Positions 57,083-64,000 of a DNA stretch of 64,000 nucleotides are shown here, in pieces. Position 1 is the stretch's first letter; every line of letters begins with the position of its first letter. Location: the NCBI GenBank assembly GCA_046735395.1, contig JBJKQR010000018.1, forward strand, positions 96,001 to 160,000, given 5' to 3'. The translations under genes and the position numbers were made by a program. The DNA is from Fidelibacterota bacterium (GTDB lineage: Bacteria; Fidelibacterota; Fidelibacteria; Fidelibacterales; DSDE01). The notes under the pieces are model-generated. The model was not told the origin of the DNA and did not search any database. It saw nothing but the letters and a program-made list of their open reading frames with translations.

Positions 57083-58192
57083 ATGACGAACTGGAAGGGA
57101 AAACGGATCATCAGCGGCGTGATCGTCGTCTTGATTGCAGGAATGATTATTTATCCTAAAATACGCCCCTATCTGCGGAGTGGTGCTCATGAGAGCAGCG
57201 CTGCCGCCATGCACGGGAGTGCTTCGCGAAAAAAACTGAATGTGAGCGGATATATTATCAAGGCAAAAGCACTGAGTGAGATGGTCCGATCCACAGGAAC
57301 CCTCAAGCCGGATGAAGAAGTGGATCTGAGTTTTGAGACATCCGGGAAAATCATCAGTATAAAATTCAAGGAAGGCAGCCGGGTCCGGAAGGGTGACCTG
57401 CTGGCAAAGATTAACGATTTACCGCTTCAAGCCCAATTGCAGAAGCTGGAAGTGCAGTATAAACTGTCGAAAGAGAAGGAATCCCGCCATCGGGCCCTGC
57501 TGGGCAAGGACGCCATTTCCCAGGAAAGTTATGACCAGATCGTGACGGAACTGCAGACAACGGAAGCGGATATTAACCTGATTCACGCCCATATCGCGGA
57601 AACCGAACTGAGGGCGCCCTTTGACGGAATCATCGGCCTGCGCTTTTTCAGCGAGGGCGCCTATGTCACGCCGTCCACGGTCATTGCCCGTCTCATTAAA
57701 ATCAATCCGCTCAAAATAGAATTTTCCATTCCCGAACGTTATGCATCGCAGGTTCGGCCTGGTTTTCCGGTCAGCTTTATGGTGGACGGCAGCAAAATGA
57801 AGTATCCGGCCTCAGTGTATGCCGTGGATCCCAAAGTCAACGTGGATACACGAACCATCACGATCCGGGCTCTTTATTCCAATGAAAATGAGGAGCTGAA
57901 GCCGGGGCGCTATGCCGCGGTCACATTGCAGATGTCCCGGATTGAAGATGCGATTGCCATTCCGAGTGAGGCACTCATTCCCGAAATGGACGGGGAAAAA
58001 GTATTCGTATTTCATGGCGGCAAAGCGTCGTCAGTCAGGGTGAATACAGGGCTGCGTACCGAATCGGAGATTCAGATCGTAAATGGCCTGAATTTCGGTG
58101 ATACGCTCCTGGTCACGGGAATGCTGCAGCTTCGCGAGTCGCTTCCGGTCAAGCTGGATACGGTGCTCAACACGGATGGAAGGGAGCGGTAG
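57083..58192 (+). CDS. RND efflux periplasmic adaptor (MFP)
   Basis: N-terminal TM, EGSRVRKGDLL, LRAPFDG, LKPG, IPSEAL. Confidence 0.94.
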   Translation: MTNWKGKRIISGVIVVLIAGMIIYPKIRPYLRSGAHESSAAAMHGSASRKKLNVSGYIIKAKALSEMVRSTGTLKPDEEVDLSFETSGKIISIKFKEGSRVRKGDLLAKINDLPLQAQLQKLEVQYKLSKEKESRHRALLGKDAISQESYDQIVTELQTTEADINLIHAHIAETELRAPFDGIIGLRFFSEGAYVTPSTVIARLIKINPLKIEFSIPERYASQVRPGFPVSFMVDGSKMKYPASVYAVDPKVNVDTRTITIRALYSNENEELKPGRYAAVTLQMSRIEDAIAIPSEALIPEMDGEKVFVFHGGKASSVRVNTGLRTESEIQIVNGLNFGDTLLVTGMLQLRESLPVKLDTVLNTDGRER

Positions 58193-58198
58193 AGCGAT

Positions 58199-61100
58199 AT
58201 GAGTTTGTCATCTGTAAGTATTGAGAGGCCGGTCCTTGCATCGGTGATGTCCATCGCCATTCTGATTTTCGGATTTGTGGGGCTCACCTTTCTGGGTGTC
58301 CGGGAGTTCCCGAGCGTGGATCCGCCGGTCATATCGGTGAGCACCAGCTATTCGGGCGCAAATTCGGATGTGATCGAAACGCAGATCACCGAACCACTGG
58401 AGCAGGCCATCAACGGCATCCCCGGCGTGCGCAGCCTGACCAGCTCCAGCAGCGAAGGCCGCAGCCGGATTACGGTTGAATTTGAATTATCCGTGGATAT
58501 GGAGACGGCCGCCAACGATGTCCGGGACAAAGTATCCCAGGCAACCCGCTATTTACCCCGGGACTGTGATCCGCCCACTGTTTCGAAGGCGGATGCGGAC
58601 GCATCGCCCATCATGTTTCTCACAGTGGAAAGCAGCAAACGGTCACTGCTGGAAATTTCCGAAATCGCGGAACTGACGCTCAAGGAGCAGCTTCAGACCA
58701 TTTCCGGCGTAGCGTCCGTGGCCATCTGGGGCCAGCGCCGTTATGCCATGCGCCTGTGGCTGGATCCGGCCAAGCTTGCCGGCTACAAGCTGACTCCCAT
58801 GGATGTGCAGACCGCCATTCAGCGTGAAAATGTGGAGCTGCCTTCCGGATCCATTGAAGGAGAAAATACGGTCCTGACAATCCGGACGCTGGGACTTCTC
58901 AAGTCCCCGGAGGAATTCAACGATCTGATCATCAAGCGTAACGGAGACCAGATTGTCCGCTTCCGGGATATCGGCCGGGCGGAACTGGGTCCGGAGGATT
59001 ATCAGCGTATCCTGAAGCGGGATGGTGTCCCCATGGTGGGGGATGCCATTATTCCGCAGCCCGGAGCAAACCAGATTGATATCGTGGATGAGGTGTACCG
59101 CCGACTGGAATACATTAAAAAGGATCTGCCGGCAGATGTTCGGGTCAAGGTGGGTTTTGACAATACAAAATATATCCGGTCCTCCATCAAGGAAGTGAAG
59201 GATACGATATATATCGCCTTCTTCCTGGTGGTGGTGATCATTTACTTCTTTCTCCGCAACTGGCGGGCGACACTCATCCCTATTCTGGTGATTCCAGTCT
59301 CGCTCATCGGGGCTTTCTTCATCATGTATATCGCCGGCTATTCCATCAATGTTCTCACCCTGCTGGCCATCGTCCTGGCCATCGGTATTGTGGTGGATGA
59401 CGCTATCGTGGTCATGGAAAATATTTATGTAAAAGTTGAAGAGGGCATGAATCCGATTGATGCGGCCCAGGCCGGATCAAAGGAAATCTATTTTGCCATT
59501 ATCGCCACAACGATCACCCTGATTTCTGTTTTTCTCCCGATTGTGTTTCTGCAGGGGCTTACCGGGCGGCTGTTTCGTGAATTCTCGGTTGTGCTTGCCG
59601 GTGCGGTGGCCATCTCAGCCTTTCTGGCCCTGTCCCTCACTCCGATGGTCTCTTCCCGTCTGCTGAAGCCGCATAGCCGGCACAGCTGGTTTTTCCAGGT
59701 TACGGAACGCTTCTTCCAGAGTTTGAATGAATCCTACCGGAGAAGCCTGGATAATTTTCTGAATCACCCGGTCATGGCGCCGGCCGTAATTCTCATTTCC
59801 TTTACGTTGATCGCCTTGCTCTGGAAGAATATTCCGGCAGAAATGGCCCCGCTGGAGGACCGAAGCATGGTCTCCATTGCAACCTCCGCACCGGAAGGCG
59901 CGACTTACGAATTCATGCTGGATTATTGCGATGATATTTCCAAAGCTGTGGAAGAGAATGTTCCGGAAAGGGAAGGATACATTAACTATATTCGCGGTGG
60001 AAGTTTTGCTATGTTCCGTATCATGCTGACGGATCCGAAGGCGCGTGAGCGCAGCCAGCAGCAGATCGCGGATCAGCTGACGGGGATCGTCAGGACGAAG
60101 ACGAAGGCCCGGGCCTTTGTTTCCCAGCAGTCCACATTCGGGGGACGGCGCTCCGGCCGGCCCATTCAGTATGTACTGCAGGCCACTTCCATCGAAAAGC
60201 TTCGCGACATTCTGCCGAAATTCATGGAAAAGGTGGACGCCAGTCCCGTATTCCAGCAGCCGGATGTGGATCTGCGCTTCACCAAGCCGGAACTGAGGAT
60301 TCATATCAATCGTGAGAAGGCCGCTTCCCTGGGTGTGACGACACAGAATATCGGACAGACTCTGCAGCTGGCACTGAGCGGGCAGCGTTTCGGGTATTTT
60401 TTCATGGGCGGCAAGCAGTACCAGATTCTGGGGCAGCTGGAACGGGGCGACCGGAACAAACCGCTGGATCTGACCTCGCTGTATGTGCGGAACAATGCCG
60501 GCGAGATGATACAGTTCGATAATATGATCACTCTGGAAGAGGAGACCGCGCCTCCGCAGCTGTACCGCTACAATCGCTTCGTGGCAGCTACCATATCGGC
60601 CGGGCTGGCAAATGGAAAGACCATCAGCGAAGGACTGAATGAAATGGACCGGATTGCCAAAGACGTTCTGGATGACTCCTTCCGCACCGCTCTGGCCGGA
60701 GATTCGAAGGATTTCAAGGAGAGTTCCTCCAGTCTGATGTTCGCCTTCGGCCTGGCACTTGTCCTCATTTTCCTCGTTCTCGCGGCACAGTTCGAAAGCT
60801 ATGTGTCACCCTTTATCGTGATGATGACGGTTCCGCTGGCTCTCACCGGAGCTCTGCTGGCCATGTGGTACTTCCACATTACCATGAATATTTTCAGTCA
60901 GATCGGTATCATCATGCTGATCGGGCTGGTGTCGAAAAACGGAATTCTGATTGTGGAATTTGCAGATCAGAGAAAGGAGGCCGGACTGAGCAAACGCGAT
61001 GCTATCCGGTCTGCCGCTGCGGCGCGTTTCCGCCCCATTCTGATGACCAGCATCTCCACGGTGCTGGGTATCGCACCCCTTGCCCTCGGCTTCGGGGAAG

Positions 61101-61231
61101 GCGCTCAGAGCCGTGTGGCCATGGGAACGGCGGTGGTCGGCGGTGTGATTTTGTCCACATTCCTGACACTCTATGTCATTCCGGCTGTGTATATCTATCT
61201 GTCAAAGGATGTAAATCCGGTCGCCGAGTGA
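58199..61231 (+). CDS. RND efflux permease (AcrB/AcrD/AcrF family)
   Basis: ERPVLA, PLEQAI, GIVVDDAIVVMEN, KNGILIVEF, RFRPILMT. Confidence 0.96.
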   Translation: MSLSSVSIERPVLASVMSIAILIFGFVGLTFLGVREFPSVDPPVISVSTSYSGANSDVIETQITEPLEQAINGIPGVRSLTSSSSEGRSRITVEFELSVDMETAANDVRDKVSQATRYLPRDCDPPTVSKADADASPIMFLTVESSKRSLLEISEIAELTLKEQLQTISGVASVAIWGQRRYAMRLWLDPAKLAGYKLTPMDVQTAIQRENVELPSGSIEGENTVLTIRTLGLLKSPEEFNDLIIKRNGDQIVRFRDIGRAELGPEDYQRILKRDGVPMVGDAIIPQPGANQIDIVDEVYRRLEYIKKDLPADVRVKVGFDNTKYIRSSIKEVKDTIYIAFFLVVVIIYFFLRNWRATLIPILVIPVSLIGAFFIMYIAGYSINVLTLLAIVLAIGIVVDDAIVVMENIYVKVEEGMNPIDAAQAGSKEIYFAIIATTITLISVFLPIVFLQGLTGRLFREFSVVLAGAVAISAFLALSLTPMVSSRLLKPHSRHSWFFQVTERFFQSLNESYRRSLDNFLNHPVMAPAVILISFTLIALLWKNIPAEMAPLEDRSMVSIATSAPEGATYEFMLDYCDDISKAVEENVPEREGYINYIRGGSFAMFRIMLTDPKARERSQQQIADQLTGIVRTKTKARAFVSQQSTFGGRRSGRPIQYVLQATSIEKLRDILPKFMEKVDASPVFQQPDVDLRFTKPELRIHINREKAASLGVTTQNIGQTLQLALSGQRFGYFFMGGKQYQILGQLERGDRNKPLDLTSLYVRNNAGEMIQFDNMITLEEETAPPQLYRYNRFVAATISAGLANGKTISEGLNEMDRIAKDVLDDSFRTALAGDSKDFKESSSSLMFAFGLALVLIFLVLAAQFESYVSPFIVMMTVPLALTGALLAMWYFHITMNIFSQIGIIMLIGLVSKNGILIVEFADQRKEAGLSKRDAIRSAAAARFRPILMTSISTVLGIAPLALGFGEGAQSRVAMGTAVVGGVILSTFLTLYVIPAVYIYLSKDVNPVAE

Positions 61232-61737
61232 CCACGGATGAACGCGGATGGAAGAAACGTCCACGAATTACACGAATTGACACAGATGGAAGATTATTCC
61301 ACGAAGGACACGAATTGACTCAGATGGAAGATTATTCCACGAAGGACACGAATTGACACGGATTGAAAATGAATCCACGAATTACACGAACGTACACGGA
61401 AAAGAAAATATATAATGTGTGCGTTTTAATATAACGCATCCGCTGACCCGCACTCCCGCTGACCCACCAACAAAAACGTCCACGGATTACACGAATGAAT
61501 TGACACGGATGGAAGATTATTCCACGAAGGACACGAATTGACACGGAAAAGAAATTATACGCTGATTCCATATTAATAGTACACCTCCGCTGACCCTCCA
61601 ACAAAAACATCCACGGATTCCACGAAATTCCACGGATGGAAGATTATTCCACGAAGGACACGAAAAGACACGGAAAAGAAATTATATGCTGATTCCATTT
61701 TAATAGTACACCTCCGCCCACCCGCACTCCCGCTGAC
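61232..61737 (+). repeat. Nested tandem repeat: 9-bp CACG(A/G)A subunits in ~38-bp units in three ~130-140-bp higher-order copies
   Basis: Units begin at 61232 (truncated), 61261, 61299, 61337, 61375, 61480, 61522, 61611, 61649; consensus CCACGAAGGACACGAATTGACACGGATGGAAGATTATT; homologous tails containing CCGCTGACCC-type motifs. Confidence 0.92.
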
Positions 61738-61818
61738 TTGTCATCAGAAACATCTATTGATTTCACGAATGGTCACTAAAATTGATTTACCCCAAAATAG
61801 TTAAATATTTATACGTAC

Positions 61819-63012
61819 TTATTTAGGATTATACTTCGATATGGCGGCATCCAGGCTATTGAGGGCCTGTTCGAGGAGAGAGCGGGGGCAGGCGATATTA
61901 ATGCGCATGCGGCCTTCGCCTCCGGGGCCGAAGCGGGTTCCTGGATTCAGGCCCAGGCCGGCCTGCTGAACAAAAAAATCATGGAGATCGTGGTCATTCA
62001 TGCCCAGATCTCGTATATCCAGCCACACTAAATAGGTTCCATCCGGTTCCATGACTTTAATCGCCGGGATGCGGGTTTCCAAATAATCCCTGAGATAAAG
62101 AAAATTGTTCCAGACATAGTCGAGAAGCTGATCCAGCCAGGAATCACCGTGGGAAAAGGCGCTTTCCATGGCAATGTTTCCGAAGAGATTGCCGTTACCC
62201 AGATGCATGGTCTGAAGAGTTTTTTCATAGCGCAGCCATTTTTCACGGTCGGGAATGATAACAACGGATGATGCGAGGCCGGCGATATTGAAGGTCTTGC
62301 TGGCGGCGGTCAGGGTGACGGTCTGCCGTGCTGCCGCTTCCGAAAGACTGGCCAGGGGAATATGCTTTTTATGCCGGAATACCAGGTCGGAGTGAATTTC
62401 ATCGGATACAATCAGAATATCGCGCTCAAGGCAAAGCGTCATGAGATCATTCAGTTCCTCTTCGCTCCAGACGGTTCCGCCGGGATTCTGAGGACTGCAG
62501 AGCAGAAGCATGCGCGTGTTTTCGTCAAGTTTTGATTTCAGATCATCCAGATCAAAATGGTAACGTCCCGCCTTCTCCCGAAGTGGATTTTCAATCAGCC
62601 GTCTGTCCGCATCCCTGACGCAATCAAAGAATGGAAAATACACTGGGGGCTGGACGATGATGGAATCTCCCGGTTTACTGAAGGCCTGAATGGCCAGAGA
62701 AAGACCGGCGACCACGCCGGGACTGAATGATATCCATTCCCTGCGGATGTTCCAGTTGTGACGCCGTTTCATCCAGCCGATCACCGCCTCAAAATAGGAA
62801 TCAGGCCGGAATGTGTATCCGAGTATTTCGTGATTTAATCGGTGTTTCAGCGCATCAATGATGAAATCCGGGGTTCGGAAGTCCATATCGGCCACCCAGA
62901 GCGGCAGGATATCGCCGCGGTTGAATATTTTTTCCCGCGCATCCCATTTGAGACAATTCGACCCTTCGCGCGGGATGATTTCATCAAAGTTGTAGACCTT
63001 ATCAGCTGTCAT
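61819..63012 (-). CDS. PatB/MalY-family PLP-dependent C-S lyase
   Basis: LWVADMDF, GVV, QPPVY, SPQNPGG, SDEIH, SKTFNIAG, RINIACP. Confidence 0.93.
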   Translation of the reverse strand: MTADKVYNFDEIIPREGSNCLKWDAREKIFNRGDILPLWVADMDFRTPDFIIDALKHRLNHEILGYTFRPDSYFEAVIGWMKRRHNWNIRREWISFSPGVVAGLSLAIQAFSKPGDSIIVQPPVYFPFFDCVRDADRRLIENPLREKAGRYHFDLDDLKSKLDENTRMLLLCSPQNPGGTVWSEEELNDLMTLCLERDILIVSDEIHSDLVFRHKKHIPLASLSEAAARQTVTLTAASKTFNIAGLASSVVIIPDREKWLRYEKTLQTMHLGNGNLFGNIAMESAFSHGDSWLDQLLDYVWNNFLYLRDYLETRIPAIKVMEPDGTYLVWLDIRDLGMNDHDLHDFFVQQAGLGLNPGTRFGPGGEGRMRINIACPRSLLEQALNSLDAAISKYNPK

Positions 63013-63300
63013 TGTACCTCCGAATCAGTATTAATATGGATGGAAACCTTTCCGGGCAGTGTGTGAAGAACAGCAATTGACCATAAACGGGGAAAGGCTC
63101 CGGCAAACATGGCGGAAGATATCCTTTTTCCGGTGAAAAGGAAAGTGAGATGTTTTTTCAGCATTTCGGGTCAAAAAGGCCGTATCGGAATGAAATACTT
63201 TGCGCCGGGGCCTGTTAAAATCTTAGATTGTTGTGTATTAAAGTTGTACATGAATAGTGTACGGATGATTAGACAGCTTAATTTTGTAAAGGAGTTAAAA

Positions 63301-64000
63301 ATGAAAAAGAAGATCATTTTATGTGTCTTTGCACTGATCGTCCTGCCCTTCAGCCTGATGGCGCGAAGCGGGATAACCGCGACATTCAGCACGGGGTCTC
63401 CCATTTCCGGGACGAGTATAGGGCTGAAACTTGGCCCGCTGAATCCGTATGCAGGCGTTGATGTGGCCCGGATATCGGGGAAATATACATCCGATGATAC
63501 GCAGTGGGCCGATGGCGCGAATGGCGGGATCGTGATGAGTTATGAGAGCACCTCAACTTTCGAAGGCACAGCAACTCTGATCATGCCCCGAGTCGGACTC
63601 AAATTCTATCTCTGGAAAGCCTATCTGGTTGGAGAATTCAGCCTGTGGATGCCGTCTGTGAGCGGAACGGACAAGGGAACGACCGTTTATTATGATTATA
63701 ACGGGGTTGCATATGATTGGGATATGTGGGATGAATCGCTGACCAAGCAGGATGAGGACTATATCAATGATGCGCTCGACTTTGTCGGATTCAAGTTCGG
63801 ATTTGGCTCGGAATATTATCTGAGTGAGCATGTTTCCATCGGCGGTGAATTCGGTTTCAGAATCCTTTCAAATTCATTTACAATGGGAGATGATTCGGAG
63901 GATAACGAACTTCCCTATTATTATTACCGGGAAAAGTGGAAGGATGAAATCTCCGCCAGCATCGGTGTGACCTACACGATGTTTTCTCTGAATTTTATCC
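63301..64000 (+). CDS. Outer-membrane beta-barrel protein, cut off by the window end
   Basis: Not in the ORF track (no stop in window). AAGGAG SD; my translation begins MKKKIILCVFALIVLPFSLMA and stays open to 64000; GFGSEYYLSEHVSIGGEFG strands. Confidence 0.8.
   Translation, partial: MKKKIILCVFALIVLPFSLMARSGITATFSTGSPISGTSIGLKLGPLNPYAGVDVARISGKYTSDDTQWADGANGGIVMSYESTSTFEGTATLIMPRVGLKFYLWKAYLVGEFSLWMPSVSGTDKGTTVYYDYNGVAYDWDMWDESLTKQDEDYINDALDFVGFKFGFGSEYYLSEHVSIGGEFGFRILSNSFTMGDDSEDNELPYYYYREKWKDEISASIGVTYTMFSLNFI

Noticed and set aside
60865..61610. ORFs 60865-61356 (+) and 61332-61610 (-)
   Set aside because: One overlaps the RND gene out of frame and both read through the repeat array; repetitive peptides reflect the DNA repeat
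61232..61737. CRISPR array to pair with the Cas6-like gene
   Set aside because: Units are directly abutting or separated by near-identical tails; no unique spacers; repeats are degenerate and internally periodic
63013..63300. SAM riboswitch or T-box upstream of the PatB-type lyase
   Set aside because: No SAM-I or T-box consensus elements on the minus strand

Overview
A gene-dense chromosomal window of moderate GC from a diderm (lipid A-producing) bacterium. The FCB superphylum, possibly Marinimicrobia/Calditrichota-like, is suggested by an S46 peptidase, a C25 peptidase with a T9SS-type tail and the holB-ricT-metG order; a compact Rho without the long Bacteroidota-type insertion argues against Bacteroidota. 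This placement is inference. Most genes are housekeeping or envelope genes: rho, lspA, lpxB, lpxK, rnr, rlpA, cobB, trhP, rsmA, tatD, metG, ricT, holB, purE, accA, an RND pump and a PatB-type lyase. I found no rRNA, tRNA, transposase, integrase or true CRISPR array. Main points of interest: (1) a stand-alone Cas6b-like gene 16 nt downstream of rho, with no other cas gene in the window and lacking the catalytic His pair; (2) a nested tandem repeat (9 bp / 38 bp / ~130-140 bp) of about 500 bp between convergent genes; (3) a gnnA-like + Ste14/LmtA-like methyltransferase + lpxB + lpxK cluster; (4) several apparently leaderless genes; (5) two apparently degenerate amidohydrolase-fold proteins in tandem. 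All calls come from motif recognition by eye; no database searches were run.
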